NCBI GenBank assembly: GCA_051362555.1
Contig: CM120643.1
Coordinates: 11,630,644 to 11,694,643, forward strand
Source: Lingula anatina
Taxonomy: Eukaryota > Animalia > Brachiopoda
Direction of reading: 5' to 3'
DNA: 64,000 bases
This document shows positions 41,001 through 53,000 of this stretch, piece after piece. The notes beneath the pieces were generated by a model. It was not told where the DNA came from. It was given only the letters and a program-made list of their open reading frames with translations, and ran no database searches. A program made the translations under genes and the position numbers. The first letter of the stretch is position 1; each line of letters begins with the position of its first letter.

Positions 41001-44000
41001 TAAATCCCAACCAAAGGAATTGGTTTTCATTGCCCAACAGAGTAAATCTGCATGGTCTGTTATCCCAGATTCATTTTCTAGAAGATGCGTTAGTTCTTGT
41101 GGGTAACTATCAAGTGTAGCTGTTTTGTCACAAATGCAAGCTGTAATGTGAAATTTCATATTTTCATGGTCAAGAGCAAACTGAATGTATTTTTTGGCTT
41201 TTTCAAAATACATGGCAGCTTCTTCCAATTTTCCTACAGCTTTGGCTGATTTGCCTCTGGAATAATATAAATTTGCAACTTTCAGTCTACTACCAACTTT
41301 GTCCAAATTGACAGCTGAGAGTAAAAATGTTTCAGCTTGTCTAAAGTAGGAGTCATTTCCCTGTGATATTGCCAACTCTTGGTACATACAACCAAGAGAC
41401 TGAAAACAGAACATTTGAATCAATCTGAACACAAGCCTTCCAACAGTTTTGTTTTTGGTGCTCAAACAAATCTTCTTAATGCGTTTAAAAGACACAGCCA
41501 TGGTTAAAGGGTCCTCCGTCTGAATATCATCTGGTTTTAAGTAAGGTAGGCACTGAATGCCACAGAGGCGAAACTGTAGATTCCCAGTGCCATCTTTTCT
41601 TTCCTTCAAGCTGCTTATCATCATTAGAACTAATGAGATATTAACTCTATAACTCTTTATTGCATATGAAAGCAATTTCAGTTGAACATCTGTAGCAGTG
41701 TCCAACAAATTGTTCTCAGGCACGAAGTATACAGGTAAATAACCCTCGTCAACAAAATATTGGAGTCGTGCCAGACATTCTTTGACACATCTGACCAGAC
41801 TCCCTCTTTGCCAAAGTTCTGGGGGAGTTTCGTGTACCATCCAAAACATTACAGTTTTCATGTGGTACGAACACAGCACATTTTGGTTTTCAAACCTTTC
41901 ACCTATTTCAGCCGCAATCAATGACTTGATATATTTTAAAATGAAATATGTTCTATGCTGGGTATCATTAAAGGATCGAATTAATGTTCTCTCAGCAACT
42001 ACAGTGGATATACGCCACTGGTATCTTTGACGAGGTACAATACTGTTCTTATGACCAACAGGAACAACATGGCAGCCATCTTTCAAAATGGTGGCAATGT
42101 CTACAGTCTTTGGCCAACCAAATCTTCTTGTACGCCTGAACCATTTTCTTACACAATGGGGCCAGCTGGCAAATGGATAGGCAAGGACGTAATCCATGCT
42201 GGTGTCTTTCCTGTTCCCTGATACATTCAAAGAAACAGCCGGGCCTTGTCTTTCAGGACCAAAAAAGGACATGTGCATTTTATATTCTCGGTAAAATGCA
42301 TCTGCTGCTACTCCACTAGACGTGTAACCATTTTTGGAATTCAGTTTGCGCAGCATGCCATATCCATCGTGCATACCTTGGCCGTCCCACTCATAAACTT
42401 CCAAGGCACGGTTGGCACGTGGGAGGTCATCCTTTTCACAAATAACCAATTTTTCTAACTCACAAACCATGATATCACTGTCTGAGGGGACAGGAATAGC
42501 ATCAGCATTCAAACCATAGGAGGAGGACTCTCCAGAGCTTCCCAGACTGAACACTCGGTATTTATCTGGGTCATTGGTATACGAGTTGTCAAGGATTTCC
42601 CGTAAGTCTATGTCCAAGTAGCTCAACTCAAACTGCTTCTTAGACCAACCAAACCTGTCCAAGCCTTGATTCACTTCCTCGTTCTCCTTTATGCTTTGGC
42701 CAGAGGCTGCCATTTTGTGTTTAAATAAAAAAAGAACTGCTAGGGTAAAAACACAAGACTAATATGTTTGTTCTTCAGCACAGCTTTATGTACTGTTACT
42801 TCATGATAAGGTCTGTTCTTCTACATGGTCACATTTACCACTGAGAAGTGATCTGATGTAGTTAATGTTTAACAACATCTTTGTCTTTCAACTCCATACT
42901 TATATCAACACTAACTATGACATATCCTTCTATGATGCAATCACTATCTTGGTCCAGAGCCTCTGTTTAGGTCCAACAGTAAGATATAGAAGCATGGGAC
43001 TGATGGGACACCATATGTTCAATGTTACCAAGTTCAAGTCCATCTCCTATTTTGTCTAGTCACCGATTCCTCTGCAAGATATAACCAGTCCAGTTGACAC
43101 TTGATCTTTACAGCAGCAATCCTCGTTCTTTTCTTCCCTGTTATTCCACAATGACTGACCCGTCAGTTTTTTCCACAACGCTTACAGCTGACATTCCTTG
43201 TTCACTCAAGCATGGATAAACCTCCTTCACAAATCAGCCCATATGGTGACGCGCTTGATACCTTGACAGCTGCTTTCTCTTTAATTCAACCTGTTCTAGG
43301 GGCGGATCTAGAGATACTTTCTGATGGTCTTCCAAATAATCTTTGTTGATCCATCCTCCTTTTTTGACCATCCTCCGACAGAAAAAAATAAGATACCCGC
43401 CAGGGTAAACTTGAACATCTGACCATCTTCCAGAAGACAACCTCAATCCGCCCCTGTGCTCTATCATCAGACTGGGGTTTTTCTCTTATCAAAGTCAACA
43501 AAGCTTCAATGTAAAGTAGGTCACAGTTATTGAATATCGCACTTACAGCACCATGACGTCATTGTAAGACCTAACGTGAATGTCTGGCCTTAACAAAAAA
43601 TCAATACTTTTCAATGCTTAACACAGAAATAAATAATTTAATGTTTTTCAATGCTTAAATAAGTAGAGAAAGTATAATAAAAAACTGAATATAAATGAAA
43701 AAGGGCACCTTTATGTAATACTGGGTATATAAATATATCAAGTATATACACAACAAAATCTAACGACATGTTATAACTAATATTAAGACATACTCCTCAC
43801 AGCTTTCAACAGTCTTGAGCTCTAGCTGTCATGACCAATGTATAATCCTAGCTTCTGTTTGTTCACAAATACACAGTCATGATTTCAGTTACTTGTGTAA
43901 CTGGTTAAAATGAGATTCAATTTTGTTTCATGCATACGAATGAAAATGGGATATTTACCCACAAATAAGGAAATCTGAAGGAATTAAGTTCTAAAGAGTT

Positions 44001-47000
44001 CTTTCCTTAGATACCCAGGACATAATCATCGATGAATATCAAACCATAAAATAAATGACCCAAAATATCAAAAAGGTATTGCTCTTTGCTCCTAGTCTTG
44101 AACATTTTTGCAATCAGTATACACTGATTTGTAGTCAATAAATGACAGACTGCAATATGCCTTAACATGTAATATGTAATTACAAAGCAATATCTGGTGG
44201 AGATTTATCTATTTATACACTGATATAAAAGTAAGTACTGAAAAAAAACCCTCTTAATGCCATGTCATTGACTGTCAGTAAGAGTTAAAAACAGAGAGCC
44301 ATGCCACTGAAGAGAAATGAAACATAAATACAGAAATGGGAACAGAGGATGCTAAAAATCTGAAGACCCCCCCCTCTACACACACACACACACACACACA
44401 CATGTGTGTGCGCACACACATCCCAATGAATTTCTTCTGTTTTGGCACATTTCATAAAAAATCAAGCAACTTCTTTAACTCTCTTCTACACATGAAAAGG
44501 ATATAATCCACACAAAGGGATGAAAATTTCAATCCCTAAAATATCATGTTAGAAAATATAACACTCACAAGATAAAAACCCTGTTTGATGGGGCAGTGTG
44601 GGTATTACAAACTATTGCAAAAAAAACCAACTTCAACACAAACTTTTCAACCATCAAATTGCTTCAGTGACACCTCAAAGAACAGAAAAAATATCATCAA
44701 TGTTAATAATGGCACACTTTTTAACCTTTTGTCATCACGTGCAAAATGCTCTATTTGCATTTTGTAAAAACTAAGAGAACAAACATCATAGATGCAGAAC
44801 TATCTATCGAAATTTTTTTTCACTTTTTTTCATCAATAAAATTGAAGCAGGATAAAAATATTATGCAAAATCACACACTTCTCAAATAGTAACACATCAT
44901 GCCTTGAAGACATAGCATTAGGCTGCGTTCACATGAAAAATCTATTTTCTAAAAATCTTTTTGCGTTATCTTGTGATCACAGTCTGTGCCCTGAATACAC
45001 CATGGTGTAATTACTGGCAGGGCCAAGAATTAATTACAGCTTTGGAAGTAACTGGCTCGCACTGCCCGTTATTACGCCGTTGGGTATTCAGGGCACAGAT
45101 CATGATCACAGGATACAGCAAATATATTTTTAGATTTTCAGAAAACAGATTTTTCATGTGAACTCAGCACTAGTCTACAAGATTAAAAGAATTGTGTATA
45201 CTTGTTTTTAAAGGCGGGGTTCTGGCATAAGAGTAGCGCAAGTATTCTTTATCTAAAAAGAAGCAGAAATGTAACTACTTACAATTTATATACATACATT
45301 TATATATGAATATGAACATGCTATAGTACATAGGTAAGGATTATTGATAAAAAGGAGTACATTTAATGCCAGTATCATCTTCACAGATATTCATTCTTCA
45401 TACTGATACAACATATTTCTGCTTGCAAGTTAAAACATAATACAGCATAAATAATGCCCTGTAGTTATTTATATCAACTACATATGAGAGTCTTATATTT
45501 TAAATGGTAAAAGGTTAACTACTGAAAACACTGCCCCCCCCCCCCCCCCTGCTGGTGGTGAAGGTAGAAATCAAAAGTGAGCTATTTGCTGTAAAAGTAC
45601 CTCTGTATACTTGAATTCAAAAATTAAATGAGATTTATTGAAATTTAATTGAAATTCTATGAAGTTTCTAATACAAATGAGAGGTCATACGAGATTTCCG
45701 TTTTTGCGAGAGCACATGCGCACAATAGTCACTATCTCGAGTGACCAGCATTGCAACTCAGAAATTTGTTGCAATTATAATACCACTATACAACAAAAGG
45801 AATATAAATTCCTTATATGTTTCTCAGATAATATAAAAATTATCTAAGGTGTATTATAAAAATCAACCCATAAATATGGTTATGATTTTTTACATGATAA
45901 CATAAGTTATCTTAGGTTCATTATAAATATCAACCCATAATTGTGGTTTTACGTTTCTATGTAAACCAGGCATTCCCCCCCCTCCCCCTTTTTTGCTGTG
46001 GAAAAGGGGAGGTGGGTGGGCGTATGACCTCTCATTTGTATTAGAAACTTCATAGAATTTCAATTAAATTTCAATAAATCTCATTTAATTTTTGAATTCT
46101 ATTTCGTTTCTATACAAATGAGGTCATACGAGATTCCCGTTTTATGCGAGAGCACATGCGCACTTGCGCATATCTTCACAGTTCAAAGCTTGCTGGTCAC
46201 GAGAGCAAGTTTAGCTCAAAATATAATACTACATAACTTTTCCAATTATTCAAACTGCTTTAGAAAATTCTTTCCCTTCAACAGGTTTATTGTAGTACTT
46301 AGCAAGCTTTGCTTGAAAATCATCAAGCTGCTTTTAAAAATATCATATACGGGAAATTATGCTGCTGACACTGCTGCAGCTTGGGTTGAATGAGCCTTAA
46401 ATGATTCTTATACACATGCTTGGTGCATCAACATCCGAATCCATCTGGATATTGTATCTCTTGAAACGGATGAAAAAAAGGCTTTCAATAACTAATAATT
46501 TTTTTTTTTTTTTTTTCCTTTGCCATTTATTAATGGTTTTGTTCTTTTCAAATATTCTTTAACACATATCAATGTATGCAATCCCCTATTTAGGGGGTAC
46601 CATAAAAATGTAAATGTTGTTGTACCAACACCTGGTCTTGAACTGTTTCAAAGTTTCTTTGATTTTAAATAAAACAGTTTTTGTGAAGTTCTAACTCTCT
46701 GAACTTCAATAAATGCACAAAATCTTTTTGTGCAGATGTAAGAGACATGAGGATGATAAACTTCATTGAAAAAAATCTTTCAATGATAACTGTCTTACTG
46801 GTGACAGTTTTCTTAAGTAATGTTAATCAATTGATACATGTCAAACTTTCTGATATCTGGGTGCACTGGGTCAGTGTTAAAAACTCCTTTCAAGAACCAT
46901 ATAATCTAAGGATGTCTCCCAACCGTCGAAGCAACAATGCCAATAGTTGTTGATAATGCACATCTAGCAGTGTCTATAGCACTGTTATTTGAGCCATCTT

Positions 47001-50000
47001 CATAGAGATGTACTTAAAAGTCTAGCACATTGCTGTAGTTGGTCTATTCAAAATGACCTTCACTTTATTTGAAAACATTCTCCACTTTTTTATATAGACT
47101 GAATAGTGGTTTTTTGCACATGCTTTAAATATGATTTCAATAGCTTTCTCTGTAATTCTATCTGACTTAACAGTTTTCCTGATACTTTGCATGCCAAAAA
47201 TTTCATGCAGTCTCCTATTGGGTGTGTCACCCCTTTCTGGTGAGAAAAGATGTTAATACTGTTGTTGCTGGCAGTAAAAAGAATAGGAATATCTTCTAGT
47301 GAATATTTCCTTTAAATTAATTGCGTCAACCATAAAGGTATCACAACTTAAGCATCTGCCTGATCTTTCCCAAAACTTCTTGATTATCCTGAGCATCAGA
47401 CTGAAAAGGAGGAATACATTCTCCTAAGATATCAAAAACATTGTCGTATTCAGTACCAGGTTCTGGTTTCCAAGCAGCAAATATTCCTCATTTGCTATTT
47501 GATCTTGATAGATCTAATAAAATTTATATGTGGCATAGCTAATATATCTGTCACTTTTTAAATACATAATATTTAGTGACCATTCAGTTGTAATATTCAC
47601 ATTTCTGGATTCCTTATATGCCTTTACATTTTATTCCAGGCAAATAATTAGCAGTAAGCCATATGTCATTTTCAATACAATGATTTTTTTTTTTTTTTTC
47701 TTTTTCTATATTTGTGATACTATTTCATCACAAATTGATCATGAGGATTTCAAAACCTCACGTGTAATATATGCAACTGCAGTAGAATTATCGTATCTTT
47801 GCTTCGATATTTTGAATTAAGGCATGTAACGACATTTTATAACAAGCAATTCAAATGCATTGAAAATATCATGACAGAATAAAATTCTTCAGTAAAGAAT
47901 CCACCAATTCTCATATTTCTACATTCATCTAGCCATGCTAAAGGAGTAGCATTCGATTGAAGTTCAATCTGTGCATTGCCATGATTAATCTTACATGTTG
48001 CATATAAAAATATTTCTAGACCACCATTCTAGGTCTACTTCCTTTATCTGTAAAATCCATTACAGCTTCATAATCATCTTTATTTTCTTTTAATGCTTTA
48101 ATTTTTCCTCTCTCTAGTTCCTATAATGCAACTGTCCATATCAGACTCATGCAAACATGACATTGACATTTTTCTAATATTTTTGCTGTGTCTCTAATAG
48201 ATGCGTCATCTCTTGTTATAAAAACATCAATCTTTTCTTTATGAACTTCTTTCTTTTTGTTGGCAAGTTGCACAGTCATGTTTTCAAAATTTATTTTCAA
48301 ATCCCAAAATACAATTTCTTGAGTTGGGATTAATTATCATACAGACTTTTCTTCATGAATCAAAACCCCACAAGTTTTGAAAAACTTGACAGTTTCTTTC
48401 ACTGCCCAAAGACATTCATTTTGTATATAAATGTCATCTACGTATGATATCATAATATTCCTTTCCTTTTTAATGTTGCACATAATGGCTTTCATAAGTT
48501 TTAAATGCTCCAGAACATCTGAATAGCCACATTTAAGGGCAGAATGTATGATTTATTTCTCCACTCAAATCTGAGAAATTTCTGATGCTCTGTAAATTCT
48601 TAGCATATGATATGCATTTCTGAATCTATGCATGCCATGAACTCTTTATGACATATAAATTTAAACTGTCTTCAAAGTATCCATTTCAAACTTATGGTAC
48701 TTCATAAACCTATTCAAAGGTTAAACATTATTATCTGTCTTATGCCATCTTTTAGGCCTAGTATATATATTGTATTGACAAATTTGTCCTCTTCATTATG
48801 TTTCAACAATGACAACTTATGTAAACATGTTGAAACTTCTGTATCAACAAAATTTTCTTCAGATTCTTTGAATCTTATTTCTTTCAATGGTGTTGTCTGT
48901 TTTGGATGTAATCATCCATAAACGTCAATCTTAGACTTATAACAGTCTGTAACACCCAAGCATCAGAAGTTAACAATTCCCACTGGAATATTCTACTAGC
49001 AATGTTATGTTGAAGGCATACTTTAAATTTTCCTTCAACACTTCTACTTCCAATGATTTTTTTTTTTTTTTTTTTTTTTTGTATCCTATTGCCTGTGAAA
49101 GGTCCTAATTAACCTCTTTTAGTGCCATTTCTTTTGCACATCCATTGCTCTAAGGAAATATCTTCCCCTAGCTCACATGATAACTCTGCTTCCTCTGGGA
49201 GTCCCAGAATATGATGGACCAGTGTCTTAGACACTTGATAATTCATTCTATTTTCATGTAACTGATTCTTTTTACTATTTCATCCCCACCAAACCTATTG
49301 GTACCTGGGATGGAATTTTCACATAAATGTATATGTATAGTTTATCTATGTGAGGTCTTAAAACATCTTCCCTTCTTGAACAAAGTTGAAAGTTTGTGCA
49401 ACTAAATGCTCGAATTGCATTCATAGCATCATAAAATAATTCTTCAAAATCTTCTTCCAGATTCTTTAGTATATGAATCTCATTTACTAATGAGTTTGTT
49501 TATTTCAAGTGTCAAGGAGGAATCACCCTTTTAAATAAATGTTCACTCTGTGAAACCTTCAATCTTATGATTCAGCATCATGACAGATGCTAGGCCATTT
49601 TTCCCTCATTTATTATTATTGGTTTCAAACCTTCACAGTTAGAAGGAGTCAATTTTTATCATTTTCCTGGTAAAATTCTTCCTCTAATTTATTTTCATTA
49701 TTATCATTTATCGTACATGTATCATCTTCATGGGCAGCGTCTGCCATATCAACAAGATGATCTGAATTCTGCACTTCACTACTTGTAAATACTGATGTGT
49801 CATCAGAGATTTTCTACTACTAGTAAACACAGACGTGTCGTCAGAGATTTGGTCTTCACTACTTGTAAACACTAACGTGTCGTCAGAGATTTGCTCTTCA
49901 CTACTAGTAAACACAGACGTGTCGTCAGAGATTTACTCTTCACTACTAGTAAACACAGACGTGTCGTCAGACATTTACTCTTCTTAATAAACATGAGAAG

Positions 50001-53000
50001 GATATTCATACCTGATTTTGTTTTTTAAAATCCTCCATTTGCTTCTAAATATTAAGTTTCATATTCTTCAGTGAGCCAGTTATTTATTCTAATGCTGCAC
50101 TGATTTTCCCACCACAGTCGTGGCATTATCGGTACTCGTTGACGCGCCATTTTCATTTCTCTCATTAACGTTATTCTGCGTCAATGTTTGATTCCGTGTT
50201 AGAAAATGTGATGCGTCACCACTTCTTTTGACTTCCCGTCGGAAGATTTTTGTGGCCCTGCGGCATTTTGTAACTTTTGGTCTATTTCCGACCTTATCAG
50301 CCATAGTATTCATTGAATTTTGTGCCGCTCTCTGGCCTCACGTGCTGTGCTCGCTCGACAAGAAACCGGAAGTGAAGATATGCGCAAGTGCGCATGTGCT
50401 CTCGCATAAAACGGGAATCTCGTATGACCTCATTTGTATAGAAACGAAATAGAACTATATTCATATGTTACAACTTGACCCATTTGTCCCCATCTCAAAA
50501 ATGTAAGAACCTTTCCCCAGAGTTTGCCTTCAAATGTAAGTAAATTCAGTTCAACTTTCACATACCAAATCTTTGATTACAACTACCTAAAGGAACTTTC
50601 TACTATGAAAGCATGTTAGAATATTTTTAGTTTGGTAAAATCATTCTCTTTTACAAACCAAGAATCAACAACAATACAGTTAAAATGCTCAAGTAATTTG
50701 TGATTAATTTACAGAAAGCCAACTAAATACATCTTCACAACTATTACCTGTTCAAAATGGGAGAAATTTTATGAATATAGAATCGGTTTCAAAGGGATCG
50801 ATGATCAAAATAATGATATAATAATTCAATGATTTCACTGGACAAAGTGGCAAAGCACTACTTTTTCTTACCAAATGGTATCAAAGCTAGCCTAGATAAA
50901 TACAGGTCAATGGAGCATCAAAAACTACCGATGTAAGTATACTGAAAATTCCAATAATTCTTAAAGATTCATTGTTATTAGACAAGTGACTGTGTCATAT
51001 TGGAATTCGTAACAATCATTATAATATATAATATAATAATCACTGTAATTTACCTCTGGTTTGTTCCTCAAAATACAGAGGTCTTTCAAACCCCATGGTG
51101 GATCCATACACTGCCCCCTGCTCCAGTAGTATGGGGTAGAGAGGTGAGGTTCGTAACTTCCTGGACGACCTGTAGTCACACTCTGGATACGGTATGCTGT
51201 ATGTTGTCCCTAGAGGGGAAAGGATTAGTTATCATTTAATGTCAAAATCAATTATTCAGAGATGGGGTATGTAACTTTTAGAATGACCTGTTATCACATT
51301 TCGGGTATGGTATACTGAATGTTGTGCCTAGAAAAGAAAGCATTGGTTATCATTTAATTAAAGAGATCTACCTAACACCTCCTTCACCCTGTCTCTCAAA
51401 AACTTCTTGTTGTTGTGAAGGTCAACAAATCTCTTGACGTCCACAGCCCACAGGTCCCAAGTGGGCTCTCCGTTGACGATCCACTCTGCGACGGCGTGGC
51501 CAATTCCACCTGCTGAGACGATACCCAAGCTGCTCATTCCTGCTGCTACAAAGTACTTCCTTATCTAAAAGAATAGATTTTTATCTGATTATTCTGGTAC
51601 ATTTGGATGATTATTAGTAAACTTTCAAGGCAATCAGCTGATTGTGCACTGAAGCAGCTCAGATTCTGCCTGTTACATCATATTATAATCTGCAATGAGA
51701 GAAAGTAAGCATGCAAAAAATTGTATTGTTATATATAGTAACTAATTTGCATTCTTCACCTCTCACAAAAATGTCAGTATCTTAATTATCTCTTTCCTCA
51801 CAACATCCTTATCATGCCACTCTCTCTCACTCTCTCTGGCTCTCTCTCCCACCAATCTCTCTTTCATCTCCATATCTTTCTTCCCCCATATTTCTATCTG
51901 TATAACAGTATTGTTTAATCAATTTTTCCCTTTTTCTTTAACTTGTATTTTATATTGTAGTGTATTAAAAATAATTGGATTTTAGACTCTAAAAAATATC
52001 ACTATAATGTATAATATTATGTCTTTACCTCAGGACATTCTCCCACAATAGCTCTTCCATCTGGGCTGAAGCTTTCTGGACCGTTCGTCAGCTGTCGGAC
52101 CTCCGCTGACTCCATGGCAGGTATTCTGTGAAGAATCTGGTCAAGAAGGATCTCTACAATATGGAAACAGACACTGTCTTTATCAGATGTTACAAATTAT
52201 GTGAAGAATCTGGTGAAGAAGGAGCTCTACTATATGGAAACAGAAACTATCTTCATCAGATGCTACAAATTATGTGAAGAATCTGGTGAAAAAGGAGCTC
52301 TACCATATGGAAACAGAAACGGGACAGAATGTTTGGCAAAACCTGGTCATGGTAGTAGGGGTAGTGTACAGCTACTGTCAGCAAAAGAGTTAAATTTTCC
52401 AGATACACAGCAATAGAGAATACAGCTGTGTACATTCACTGAAATGTTTACAAACTACTTCTACCAATTTCTCCAGCAACTCAAATGATATCTTAAACAA
52501 GTTAAACCCAAATTACTAATTTTTGGTGGTAAATGCAACCTACTTACTTTCCTTCCAGTCTATCACATACAGCTCATAAGCAGAAAATATCTGCGCAAAT
52601 ATCATTTTTTGTTCAATGGCAAGCTATAATATAAGACGCCATGGCATGACGCTCTAAATTATGACATAAAACATTTTCCAGCTTACGAAAGTGATCCCAG
52701 TCTTCCTGAAGTAATTGGAACTCAAACTTTTCTGGGATGTGTTCGTGGAAGACGGCCTTGGCAGTGGGCTCAAACCCTCCAGCAAGTATCCCTCCACTCC
52801 ACTCACGGAAATAGACAGCACCATCTGGGTCACGAATAACTAGAAGATAAGAGAGTAAAATAAATTAGAAACTCAACATTGGAATCAAATACTCAAATCT
52901 GTCAGTCAATAATATATTTTCTGACAAATGCTTAAAACTTGGCAACAAGTACAACAAAAAACTTTTCCAATTTCACAGAATTAATGATCAACCAATGGCA

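Larger units (their letters stand above)
45613..50454 (-). mobile_element. DIRS1-type tyrosine-recombinase retrotransposon, coding region decayed
   Basis: Minus-strand relics: RT ISYVDDI (~48430-48451), RNase H DNSTAVAYI (~47766-47792), MT-like AAWKPEPG/PPF (~47400-47480), YR KAHST.AA...YYNKP (~46282-46398). ITRs and an internal complementary region are present. Confidence 0.88.

Noticed and set aside
42770-43290. Coding-like composition upstream of the cGLR (possible decayed gene)
   Set aside because: The minus-strand frames I translated are interrupted by stops, and I could not recognise a convincing protein family by eye; a tBLASTx search would be needed.
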